A stretch of DNA of 63,167 bases, the filler included, from Reclinomonas americana ATCC 50394 (Eukaryota), in the NCBI GenBank assembly GCA_048213135.1. It is 7 parts of 2 records of this genome, joined end to end, with 100 filler letters (N's around TTAATTAATTAA, not from the genome) between each part and the next. Parts side by side here need not be neighbours in the genome. Positions count along the whole stretch, not along the records: positions 1 to 20,323 come from PS015044.1; positions 20,424 to 33,223 come from PS015045.1; 5 more parts are not named here. One strand, written 5' to 3'. Numbering within the stretch: the stretch's first letter is position 1; each line of letters opens with the position of its first letter. Of this stretch, positions 11,617 through 23,779 are shown in pieces. Below the pieces are notes generated by a model, which was not told where the DNA came from, made no database searches, and saw only the letters and a program-made list of their open reading frames with translations. The translations under genes were made by a program, and so were the position numbers.

Positions 11617-14600
11617 ATGGACCATCGCGGCGACGCGGAGATGCATGCCAGCGGCAGCGGCAACCCCCCACCCGCCGGTGTCCCCGCCGCCGACGACGAC
11701 GAGAGCTTCCGCTCCCCCGTACAGTCGCCCTCCTCCTCTGTACAACCCTCGCCCCCACCCCCCTCCCACGGGCAACATCAACACCCGCTCCGGCAGTACC
11801 CGACAGTGGTCAGCGGCACGCATCACCCGCCCATCCACACCACGGATGACGACGAGGAGGACGATTTCGGCGGTGCGCCCTACCAGGATCGCAACCGACC
11901 GGTGATGCGGTACACTGGCGAGCCGTCGCCAATGGGCGGCGGTATGAGCGGCCACCACTTTGCGCCGACGCTGGTGACCACCACGCCGCCACCGCCGTTG
12001 CAGCAGCGACCGCTGCCACGACAACCGCAGCAGCCGCCGGCGGGTGGCGCGCGACGGGGTAACCTGCGCAACATGCCGAANNNNNNNNNNNNNNNNNNNN
12101 NNNNNNNNNNNNNNNNNNNNNNNNNNNNNNNNNNNNNNNNNNNNNNNNNNNNNNNNNNNNNNNNNNNNNNNNNNNNNNNNNNNNNNNNNNNNNNNNNNNN
12201 NNNNNNNNNNNNNNNNNNNNNNNNNNNNNNNNNNNNNNNNNNNNNNNNNNNNNNNNNNNNNNNNNNNNNNNNNNNNNNNNNNNNNNNNNNNNNNNNNNNN
12301 NNNNNNNNNNNNNNNNNNNNNNNNNNNNNNNNNNNNNNNNNNNNNNNNNNNNNNNNNNNNNNNNNNNNNNNNNNNNNNNNNNNNNNNNNNNNNNNNNNNN
12401 NNNNNNNNNNNNNNNNNNNNNNNNNNNNNNNNNNNNNNNNNNNNNNNNNNNNNNNNNNNNNNNNNNNNNNNNNNNNNNNNNNNNNNNNNNNNNNNNNNNN
12501 NNNNNNNNNNNNNNNNNNNNNNNNNNNNNNNNNNNNNNNNNNNNNGACGGCGTCGGATGGCGGCACCGGCACCACGGCCATGTCGGTGGACAGCACGCTG
12601 GCCACGTCGCACCCGCTGGGAGCGGACGCGGTAAGCGGTGACAGCGGTGATGTGGGGTCCGGGGTCGGTGCGCCGGCACCGGCATCGGCACCGGCGACGC
12701 CGTCGGCGTCGGTCGGACCACTGCCGCCGGACATGGTCACCTTTGTCACGCAGCAGATTCGCGGTCAGAATGAGGGATTCATGGAGAACAATGGCTACCG
12801 CTGGCGCCTCTTCAATGCCATGCAGATTGGGCAGAAGATGGTTTGCACATGGCGTTTGTGTGAAGAAGTGCGGCAGAGAGAACTGACTCCTTTGCTGCGC
12901 AGGTGAAACTGGCCAACAAGGCCCACATGTGGCGCTCTGTCACCCCGGTGATGCGAGGACATGGCGAGAAGGATGGTCGTGCGTACACGTACACCGCGCG
13001 GTGGTTCGGCTGTCACGAGAGCATTCGCTCGCTGCACGTGGAGGTGAGAGAGCGAAAGGGAAGAGAGAAGAGAGAGAGGGGTGAGAGAGAGAGGGAGGGA
13101 GAGAAGGGAGGAAGAGGGAGAGGGAGGGTGAGAGAATACAGAGTGAGTAAAAAAGTGAGAGAGAGAGAGAGAGAAAATGAGTGTGTGAGAGAAGGTAAGA
13201 GAAGAGAGTCAGTGAAAGATAGAAAGAAGAAGAAGAAGAAAACGGTGAGAGAGCGAGAAGGGTATAATGAGAGCGAGTGAGTGCGAGAGAGCAAGTGAGT
13301 GCGAGAGAGCGAGTGAGCGAGAGAGAGGGATTGAATGAGAAAGATATGGATAGCAAGTAAGAGATAGAGAAAAAATAGAGACAGCGCGAGGTGATCGCAA
13401 TTCCTCACTCTCGCGAGCGCAGTTGCGCAAGTACGAGGGAAGCCCGGCGCTGCCGGAGGACTCGTACCCGATGTACCACTTTACTCGACACGAGCGCTAC
13501 AATGGCAGCAAGGACGACAAGCTGTATGTGTGGCGGTGAGTCTCCCTTGATGCAACGCGTGTTTCCCCTGCGCGCCCCTGTGCTGATGTGCGGCGGTGCA
13601 GCGACCCGCGCTCCGGCGACGAGGTGTACACGTACTTGCTGGCCAGCACTACAGATCCGGGTGCGGTGGAACTCAAGGGCGAAGCGCGAAGTGATCTCAT
13701 TTTTGTGCGCGGTTAGTTTTCCTGTCCACGTGACATTGGTTGTAATGACTGCCGCTCATTTGCCGTCAACAGGCCTGGTGCGCATCATGCGCTGGATGGA
13801 CGACATTCTCGACAACCCCGAGGACCCACTGTACGTCGCATGCTTGCTCTGTTCTGCGAATTCCCTTCATTGCTTATGTTTTCTATGGGCAGTCGCCGAA
13901 TCTTTGCCGACCCGCACGATCCCAAGCAACCGCAACTCATGGCCAATGGTCACTTGCTGATGGTGAGCTCTCAGCTTGATTTTGTAGACGTCCTTCGTCG
14001 CGGTGTAGGCATCCGTCCCCCTGCTGATATCTGCTTCTCTGCATTTCCACTCTCTTTTGATTTACAACCGCCGTCCTCTTTCCCTCTTTGTTGCGTCTTT
14101 CGTCTCGTGTGATCTTCGCCTCGTTTCTCTGCCGTTCTCCTCTTGTTACATTGTTGCTATCCTTGTGCACATGAAGCATCTTATTGGCTTCTTCCTCCCT
14201 TCTCCTTCTCGNNNNNNNNNNNNNNNNNNNNNNNNNNNNNNNNNNNNNNNNNNNNNNNNNNNNNNNNNNNNNNNNNNNNNNNNNNNNNNNNNNNNNNNNN
14301 NNNNNNNNNNNNNNNNNNNNNNNNNNNNNNNNNNNNNNNNNNNNNNNNNNNNNNNNNNNNNNNNNNNNNNNNNNNNNNNNNNNNNNNNNNNNNNNNNNNN
14401 NNNNNNNNNNNNNNNNNNNNNNNNNNNNNNNNNNNNNNNNNNNNNNNNNNNNNNNNNNNNNNNNNNNNNNNNNNNNNNNNNNNNNNNNNNNNNNNNNNNN
14501 NNNNNNNNNNNNNNNNNNNNNNNNNNNNNNNNNNNNNNNNNNNNNNNNNNNNNNNNNNNNNNNNNNNNNNNNNNNNTCTTCCCCCCTGTCTTCCCCCCTG

Positions 14601-17600
14601 TCTTCCCCCCTGTCTTCCCCCCTGTCTTCCCCCCTGTCTTCCCCCCTGTCTTCCCCCCCTGTCTTCCCCCCCTGTCTTCCCCCCTGTCTTCCCCCCCTGT
14701 CTTCCCCCCCTGTCTTCCCCCCCTGTCTTCCCCCCCTGTCTTCCCCCCCTGTCTTCCCCCCCTGTCTTCCCCCTTGCTCTTTCCCCTGTGCCTATCCCCC
14801 CTTCCCTTTGTCCCTTCCCCATTCCTCTCCCCTTCCCTTTTCCCTTTCCCCCTTTCCCCCTTGCCCCCCTTGCCCCCCTTGCCCCCTTTCCCTCCTTCCC
14901 CCTTTCCCCCTTTTCCCTTTCTCCCTTTCCCTCTTTCCCCCTTTCCCCCTTTCCCTTTTCCCGTTCCCCTTCCCCCTCCGTCATTCCCCTTCCCCTCATT
15001 CCCCTTCCCCTCATTCCCCTTCTCCTCCCCGCAGATCATGGGCGCCGAGCCAGACGAGATCAACGGCGAAATGGCCTTCCGGTTACCCGACCGCGACATG
15101 TCGGCGGCGGCAGTTCTGCGCGAGAACAAGTTGGCGCCGTTCCGCCGCGCACATGCCGAAATGCATGGCTTGATTTGGGGCTGGGTCATCAAGTTTGAGA
15201 GGGAATGTGCGTCCGTCTTTGTGCCTCCCTTCTTGGTGTCTGTGCTGCTCACTTGTCTTCGAATGCCCCCCGTGTAGATCGAAACGGTACAAGGCAGTAC
15301 ATGGGCGAAGACTTGCAGATGGTGATGGATTTGCTGCGCATTGAGCATACGCAGTTTGGCGGCATTCCCGCTCTCATTGGTCACGGACAGTGTGCTGGTG
15401 CGTGTGTGCGAGAGTGTGTGTCACGTGTGCTTTCTCTTTTTCTCATTTTTTCTGGCACAGACGTCATGGCGAAGCGCATCGAGTCGCTCTTTGGCAAGGG
15501 TCCAGCGAGTGCCGGTCCGGAAGCAGGTGAGCATGCTGCCGTGCGTTCACACAGGCTCTTCTACATCGTGATTGACCCCGACTCTCTTTGCGCAGAGTTT
15601 CCGTACGCACCGCTGAATGTGACCCCAAACTCGGCCGACGCCACGGTTGTACTGGCCACCAAATCGCAGTTGCGACGAATGAGGCCCACGCTCTCTCCTA
15701 CTCTTTCTGAAACAATGTTCCCAAATACGCAGGATGCTGCTTGATCCCATGCGCGCCGACGAGTTCATCGAGGCGTTGATGCGAATTGCCGACGAACGCG
15801 ATTCGGCATTCATGCGCGACGCCATGACTCGTGAGTGACATCGTGTGGCTTTGTATGCTTTTGTGTGTCTCATTTGCCGTGCACAGAGGACGGCGGCATC
15901 CATGCGTTCCAGTTTCCCTTTGAGCGGCTGGAGAGCGAAACGGCGTTGCCGTGCGTTTACTGTATTTTCTCATTCGCGGTTCACATTTTTTTTTGATCCG
16001 TGCCCTCTTGTTTTCGACGCAGGCTCACCGGCTTGGTTCGCCACGAGAACACCTGCTTTGTGGACTCGGTCGTGCAGATGTACTATTGGGTGCCGGTGTT
16101 CCGACGAGCCGTTCTCGAGTACGAGCCGTCGTCGCGGGACACGTGGGGTGAGTGCGGTGAAGCGCAACAGCCTCGTGTGATTCGTCCTGAAAATCTCTCG
16201 CGTGGCAACAGTTGGCATGGACATGGAGCAGCAGTCGCGCAACTTGAGCGCATGTTATCGTGCGTCTCGCTCCCTTTTTCAATGCATCCGACGTCGTCTT
16301 ACTGGTTCTCCATTGCAGTGCTGTTGTCTCTGCAGGCACTGTTCTCCGACATGGCGCTGGCAGAGAGCCGCGCCGATGGTGAGCCGCCTCGCGTCAACCC
16401 AGCGTCCTTCCTGCGCGTGCTCGGCACCGTGCGGGAGGTCGGTTTTGTCAAGGGTGCGCAAGAGGATGTGGGCGAGTTCGCCGGCCGCCTGTGGAGCACC
16501 ATTGAGACGGCGTTTTCGCTGCAAAAGGGCGGCTCACGGAAAGAGCTTGTTCGCAGGTTCCGTGTGCACCTATTTGTCACTCGAAAATGCCTCCTCTATG
16601 TGTTTTTTGCTGACGTGATGTGCAGCATTTTCAAGATCGAGACCGTGTCGCGCATGCAGTACATGCACCGCGGCGTGCCGCGTTCCTCCGAGCCACGCCG
16701 CGATGACTCGTGCTTCTTCCTGCTCCCTGTGCGCGACAACAAGGACGTGTATGTGTCACTGGACCAGGAGTTCAAGGAGCAGCGCGTGCAGGACTACATG
16801 TCGCCTGAAGGCAATCGTGTGGAGGCCACTCGAGTCGAAACGCTCGCTGGTGACCTGCCACCCGTGCTGGTCATGTTCTTGAAGGTGATACACACGAGTG
16901 CAACAGTGTGATTGGCACACTCCATGCTGATTTTTTCTTCCGTATAGCGTGTAATCACGGACAATGGTCTACCTGTGCGCGTGCATGATCGGTTCGAATA
17001 CCCACGCTGGTTCTTCCCCGATCGCTACCACGAGAGTGTCAGTGCGGACGAGTTGAAAGAGAAGCGCTTTGCACGACTGGAAATCGAGCGCGAGATTGCC
17101 AGCCAGTTGGAGTTGCGCGAGCAGCTCGTGGCGGAAATGGGTGGCGCTGATGAGTCGAACGAAGTACTGGCTGGTGCGTTTGCGGTTTCGATGTCAAATG
17201 TGGTGTGTGTTTGAAAAGCTCACTTTTGCTCACGCAGCGGTGGATGAGGCAATTGGCCAGAAGCGGCTGGAGCTGCTGCGCGTGTTTGAGCAGTTTTCGC
17301 GACATGCCTATCGATTGTCCACGGTTTGTGAAAAATCGTTGTCGTTCACTGTGCGGTACAAGCGCCTCACTTTCTCTTTTTCAGGTGGTGGTGCACGCTG
17401 GTGTCAGCGCGAATGGTTGGGCATCACTGTCGTTTCTCATCTCATGTTGTCGCTGCTGACCACAACAATGCGTGCAGCGGGTCACTATTTTGCCTACATG
17501 TCGACCCCGGGCCGCGCCGACGGAAACTGGCACAAATTCGACGACGAGAAGTTGCGTGCATTGGTCACATGGTAATTCTCTTGATTCCGTAGGCACTCAA

Positions 17601-18110
17601 CCTCGTCGCGTGCCACAGGGTCACACCGGCTGCGGAGGAGCGCATGCTAGAATCGACCATCGGTAGCACGACAGATCGCAACCGGCCAGTGGCAACCGCC
17701 CTCGTGTACACGCGTGTGATGCCAGACTCGGTGCCACAAGGTCACGTATACAACATTCCTTTTGTCTCCTCCGGTGCTCCTTTCGCGTGTGCTGATTGAT
17801 GTTTCCATTCGTACAGACGTCATGATGCATCAGTGGTACGACGTGCCGCAGCCTGGCGCAGCTGTGGTTTACGAGGGTGCGTTGCGCGCATCTCATGGCC
17901 CCCGTTTCTTTGCGGTCGCTCACTCGCCTCTGTGTGATAGGTACACCATTCGCGCAGGAGCCCATTGCACCATTTGGACCGCCGGCGGATATGGGCGGTG
18001 CAAGTGGTTCAGGCGACGGTGGTTTGTCAGCTGTGCCGGAGAGACCAGCCGATCTGACGGAAATGGAGCTGATCATTCTCGGATTGTCAGCCTCTGGCGC
18101 CGTTGTGTGA
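11617..18110 (+). CDS. Ubiquitin-specific protease (peptidase C19), Ubp2/USP25-like architecture, multi-exon
   Basis: Cys box GLVRHENTCFVDSVVQMYY (about 16030), QEDVGEF, PPVLVMFLKR, His box VVVHAGVSANAGHYFAY...WHKFDDEKV...ATALVYTR. The upstream YAPLNVTPNSADATVVLATKSQMLLDPMRADEFIEALMRIADERDS resembles the fungal Ubp2 RPT repeat. Long disordered N-terminus. The ATG at 11617 follows an acceptor-like CAG. Confidence 0.9.
14577..14775. repeat. Intronic (TCTTCCCCCCTG)n 12-13 bp tandem repeat
   Basis: Direct tandem copies next to an assembly gap inside a USP intron. Confidence 0.9.
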
Positions 18111-18395
18111 GAGCTCCTTGTGTGCCGCACCTCTCCTGTGCTTTTTTGTTCCGCCCTTTTTCCCCTATTGTGAATGCCCCAGTGTCTCTGCGGAGGTTTG
18201 CTTGTTGTCTTGGTGGTCCTCCTGCTTCAACTTTTTTCGCTCTTCTTTTCTTTTATCTCTCCCTCCGTTCTCCATTTCTACATATTTCGTCTTCGTGCAG
18301 GCGGCGTCATGCTCCTAAAAGAAACATCAAAAATCTGCAGTACACTGCCACAAACGTGTTTTTTTCTATCATCATTAGTTTGGATTGACTCCTCT

Positions 18396-19065
18396 TCAAT
18401 GTTGTGGCGATGCTGTGGTCTGCGCCTCCACCATGCGCAGGAGGTCGGCGTGCGGAATGACCTCCTCCACGGCCAGTGAAATCGTGCTGCCACGTGCGTA
18501 CTGTCGACTGGTGCGCACACGCATTCGCAGTCCCGTGTCCACCATAAACACAAGTGCACCGTGACTCGGGTAATCGGTCCACGAGTCCACCACCAAGCCC
18601 GTGTACACGTAACCGGCACCACGCTGTTGCAGGAAGCGGAGGATCCAAAAGCTGAACGACAGGGAGTGTGTCAACAAACAAAGAAAGAGAGAGAGGGGAA
18701 GGTCGGGGGGAAACACCAACCGCACGGCTTCGCGTTCCAGCTTCTTGAACAGTTTGGCAGCCTCCTCTTGCGGCTGTAGCACGCGCATCAGCTCTTCGGC
18801 GTTGAATGGCACTTTTTCACCGGTCATGTGCGCCTTTAGCTGGTGATGTACGAGCATGTCGCCGTATCGCCGGATGGGGGAGGTTGCCTGGGGTGATGAG
18901 TGAGCGAAGAGGGGGAGGGAGGGGGAGGGAGGGGGAAGAGGGAGAGGGTGAGGGAGAGGGTGAGGGAGAGGGAGAGAGTGAAAGAGGGAGGAGAGGGACA
19001 GGGATAGGGTGAGGGTGAGGGAGAGGGAGAGGAGAGAGAGCGAGAGAGGGAGAGAGGGGGAGAAA

Positions 19066-19097
<32 letters not shown>

Positions 19098-19859
19098 AAG
19101 ACAGAGACAGTGAAAGAGAGACTGAGAAAGAGAGAGAAGGAGGGACTGGGAGAGGGATAAAGAGAGAGAGAGAAGGAGAGAGGGAAGGTGAGAGAGAGAC
19201 ATAGACAGACAGAGGGAAAGATAGAGAGAGAGAGAGAGAGAAAGACAGAGACAGTGAAAGAGAGAGAGACATAGAGAGGGACAGAGAGAGAAAGGGAGAG
19301 ACAGAGACAGTGAAAGAGAGAGAGACAAAGAGAGAGACAGAGAGAGGGGGAGAGAGAGAGAGACAGAGGGAGTAACAGAGACAGATAGAGGGGAGGGAGA
19401 GGTAGAAAGAGATGGAGGAGAAAGACAGAGAGAGCACACAAAGGAATGTACCCGACAATAGGCCGGCAATCCGAGACTGTAATGCGCCACAGGGTTGGTC
19501 GACACAAAGGCCGGCTGCAGACGAATATCCTGTGCTCGCATGGCGGCTCGAATCTCGTCCAGTTGGGCCTCGGTCCACACTGTGCACGGCGCGGCGACAC
19601 AATGAAAAGAGGTGACAGAAACAAAGAGAACAGAAGAATCAAGCAGACCACCGAATTCAGGCACCGCAACAGGTGTGAACGCCTTGCGCAGCATGTCTTC
19701 GCTCCAGAATTGCAGCGACGGGCCCGACCACGGTGCATCCTGACCGCGAAACGGAACAGGGATCTTTTCGCTCGCGGCGTAGGCGGCGGCCACCTCACCC
19801 GCGCAAATCATCATTTCTTGCACGAGAATGCGCGAGAGGCTTCGCATGCGGCCAGCGAG
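18396..19859 (-). CDS. RNase II/RNB-family 3'-5' exoribonuclease (Dss1/bacterial RNase II-like), C-terminal part; 5' missing
   Basis: SRILVQEMMICAGEVAAAYA...IPVPFRGQ...[33 protein letters not shown]...LEREAVR-FWILRFL: the hallmark RNB motifs, split by introns. Confidence 0.9.
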
Positions 19860-20250
19860 CTGAAAGAAGGGGAGAAAGGGAGGTGAGAAAGGGAAAGGGG
19901 GGTTAGGGGGAAGGGTAACGGAGGTGAAGACAAGGAAGAAAGGTGAGAAAAAGGGATGGAAGGGTGAGGGAGATGGGAGGTGAGTGAACGAGTGCGAGGG
20001 AAGGGAAGTGAGGGGAGAAGAGAAAATGGTGGGGAGAAGGAAGGAGGAGTTATGAGGGAAGGGCGCGAAAAGAAGGAAGGATTGTGAGAAAGGAAAGAAG
20101 GTGCAAGTGAGCGATGAGGGAGAAGATGGGCTTCTAAGGAAGAACGGAGGACTAGCGAGGTGGGCAGGGAAGAGATGAATACGTGGAGAATGTGCAGCAA
20201 GGCACCGGCAAGAATGCAGGGGTAGAGATAAGGAGAAGCGCAAACAGGTA

Positions 20251-20312
<62 letters not shown>

Positions 20313-20367
20313 AAGAAGAAGAANNNNNNNNNNNNNNNNNNNNNNNNNNNNNNNNNNNNNNNNNNNN

Positions 20368-20379
20368 TTAATTAATTAA
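20368..20379. other. Artificial scaffold-join linker TTAATTAATTAA
   Basis: Six-frame stop linker flanked by N runs. Identical copies at 33268, 39523, 47555, 51040 and 60241. Confidence 0.97.
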
Positions 20380-20423
20380 NNNNNNNNNNNNNNNNNNNNN
20401 NNNNNNNNNNNNNNNNNNNNNNN

Positions 20424-23072
20424 CTTCTTCTTCGTGCCGTCGGGGCTGGAGGCCTTCACAATCGTGGAGCCCGGCATGGAGCTGAGTGCCAGCGAAGTGG
20501 GCTCCTCCGAGCCCGAGGCACCCGACTGATCCACCGAGGAGTCGCCCGTCGGCGAGGCTGCCGCCGCCGCAGCCTCGTCGCCATCGGTGGCAACCGAGCT
20601 GTCGCCGGCCGACTCGCTGCCGGACGACTTGCCACTCTTCTTCGTGGTCTTCTTCTTCTTGCCGACGACCTTCTTCTTCAGCAGCTTCTTCTTGCCCTTC
20701 TTGGTTGGCGAGGGCGACGAGGGCGGCGATGACGACAAGACCGCCGGCACCATCGACGCGTCGTGCTCACGCGGGCTCGACGACGAAGTCCAGCGGCGAC
20801 CACCAGAGCCACCACTCGGCAACTGCTGCTGCTGCTCGGCAAAGCGCACGTGGCGGCGAGCCGTGTCCGAGTCGAACCCAGAGTCGCTCTCGCTACCGAT
20901 GCGGCGCATGTCGCCGCCGGCGTCGATCGACATGTCGCCGTCGGCCTTGATGGGTGACAGCAGCGGCTCGACCGACACGCCTACTGGCGTCGGCGCCACA
21001 CTGCGCAACTCGGTCGTCATTGACGGCGGGCGCGGCAGGCCAGAGGCGGCGGCCACGGCACGACGCCGTGTGGCGTCCTCATCGCGAAGCCGCTGCGCCT
21101 CGCGGAACAAGCGCTCCTGCTCCGGGTCCAGCGTCGCCAACGCGCGCTGCGAGGGCGACGGAGGTGTCTGCAGCTGCGAAGCACCACCCGGAGTCACCGG
21201 CATGCTGATCGAGGTCACCGCCGATCCAGAGGTGCCCGTGGTCGGGGCACGAGGCGGCAGACCCGGTGTCGCTTGCTGCTGCTGCTGCTGCTGCTGCTGG
21301 GCGCGGGGCGAGTGCGCGAGCGGTGAGTGGCGACCGGGGTAGTACTGCGAGCGCAGCAGAGCGCACGCCTCCGTGTAGTCGCGGTAGTTGCCGTCGTTGT
21401 AGCCGTTGGCAATCGGCTCACGAATGGCGCTGTCGAGGGTCTCAAACAGGCCGCTCTCCTCAATCGGGCGCTGCAAGTCCTCCATGCGCGATGCTGCGGT
21501 GACGGGGTCAGCATGGGGAGGGAGAGAGAGGGAGAGAAATGAAATGCACAAACCATTGTGCTGGCGGAACGACTCGAGCAACCCAGTGCCGGCCGTCAGC
21601 GAGCGGATGCGCGGAGTGCCCTTGGCCGGCCCGTGCTCAAACAGGTAGCGGCGCAGGTCGGCCAAGTAGGCCGCCGACAGGCGGAGACCACCGCCGTTGA
21701 TAAACTGCGCGGAGCTGAGGTTGCCGGCGACGAGGCCGCGCAGGCAGTTCAAAATGTCAGCCACGTCCGAGTCGAACGCCGCAGGCGGGTTCTCGGCGTC
21801 AATCTTCTCGCGGTACAGACCGTGCCACTGGCGCAGGAGACTCGGCACGAGCTCGGCGCTCTCCAGGTCCACCTCGCCGATGCTTGGAAGGTCGACTGGA
21901 GGGAGGGGAAAGGGTGAGCAATAAGGGAGGGAAGGAGAGATGCTGCAGAATAAATACCTTTCGTCAAAATCGCCAGACACTGAATGGCGGTGATGGCCAG
22001 CGGTTGATGGCCTTCATTCACCGGCTGTGCGAGGCGCGCCAGCACCGGGATGGCCTGTTGGCGACGCACAAGCTCGCAGTTGGTGGCATTGTCTGCGACG
22101 AAGAAGGCAAGGTGAGTAATCTTGGCCATCGCCGCCGTTGCAAGTGGTGCGCAGTTGACGAAACCTTCAATGGCCACACGCAGCAGCAGGGCCGCCACCT
22201 CCGTGTCCCACAGCGGCTTGTGCGACGGCTCGGTGAGCAGCGCAATGTCCGAGGCCACCTGCCGCAGCTCCTCGTGGCGCAGGCCACGCAGCGAGCGGGC
22301 ATCTTGGGCGGCACTCTGCGCCAGTCGGCGTCGACTAAGCAGCTGGCGAATGTGATGCAACGAGTGGAAGTTGCTCTTGTCGGCCAGCGCGAGACGCGTG
22401 TTCTTGGCCTGTTGCAGGCGGGTGCGGTCATTATCCTGACCGCTTTCGGCCGCCGCCGACACCAGCTCAATCTCGTGCTCCGACAGCGTGAGCAGTCTGG
22501 TAAATACAAGAGGGTGAGTGATAAAGGGTGGGAGGGAGGGAGAAGGAAGGGAGTGGGTGTGANNNNNNNNNNNNNNNNNNNNCTCTGCCTCGGCCTCTGT
22601 ACGAGGGAAAAGAGAGGGAACGTGTTAGACTGGTGTAAAGGAAGGCAGGTGAGAATAGTGGCGGGGGGGGGAGAGAGAGAGACGCAACGTCGAGGAGTAA
22701 CCGCTCGCCACGACTCCTCCATCTGCTTGCGAATCGAGCGCATGCGCTTGACATTGACCACCATCCAGCGACCGGCATCGGCCTTGCGTCGCTCAAAGTA
22801 CCCCGTTAACCGCTGCACAGAGAATCAAAGGAAGAGAGTGAGGACACGCAGAGAAGGTGTACTTCAAGAGAGTGTGCCAAAACCGAATTGCTGTTTCATC
22901 AATCAATCAACCGCGTCGTCGCTGTCACAAGTGAGTCGCAGAATGGGGGCGTCTCTCTGTGAGAGTGTGTGTGTGTGTCTTACTGTACCTTGAGTTGCGC
23001 GGCGTGAAGGCGCAAGTACTCGTCGCATGATCGCTCTTGCGCGTGCGCAAAGTACTCTTCTGTGCGGTTCAT
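20424..23072 (-). CDS. Unknown protein with helical/ARM-like N-terminal half and long disordered Ser/Gln/Lys-rich C-terminal region; 3' partial
   Basis: Putative first exon MNRTEEYFAHAQERSCDEYLRLHAAQLK (ATG 23072, donor GTACAG). Long GC-rich open exons at about 21958-22497 (LAFFVADNATNCELVRRQQAIPVLARLA, ARM-like) and 20424-21900. Confidence 0.7.
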
Positions 23073-23779
23073 GCCTCTCTAATAATATCGAACAACACCA
23101 CTGTCGCAAAACAAAGAGCGTGTGTGTGTGCTGTGTGTGCGTGTGTGCACTCTCCACAACTCTCTACAAATCTCGAGTGACCAAACAGAGGAGCACAGCG
23201 AGTGTCTCGACTCATTTCTTGAAAAGGAGTTGTGGTGGTTGGTTGGTTGGTTGGGTGGTGGAAAGTCGAGGACAAGGAGGGGAAGGGGAAGGAAGGGAGG
23301 AGGGGAAGGGGAAAGGAAAGGGGAGAGAGAAGAAAAGGGGAGAGAGAGAAAGAAAGAAGAAAAGGAGAGAGGGACAAAAGNNNNNNNNNNNNNNNNNNNN
23401 NNNNNNNNNNNNNNNNNNNNNNNNNNNNNNNNNNNNNNNNNNNNNNNNNNNNNNNNNNNNNNNNNNNNNNNNNNNNNNNNNNNNNNNNNNNNNNNNNNNN
23501 NNNNNNNNNNNNNNNNNNNNNNNNNNNNNNNNNNNNNNNNNNNNNNNNNNNNNNNNNNNNNNNNNNNNNNNNNNNNNNNNNNNNNNNNNNNNNNNNNNNN
23601 NNNNNNNNNNNNNNNNNNNNNNNNNNNNNNNNNNNNNNNNNNNNNNNNNNNNNNNNNNNNNNNNNNNNNNNNNNNAGAGAGAGAGAGAGACAGAGAGTGA
23701 GAGTTGTGAACGTTGCAGACAACTCAGATGTTGATAAGATCCAGCAGGAAATGAGGTGGAAATGGTGTTCTTTTTTGTA

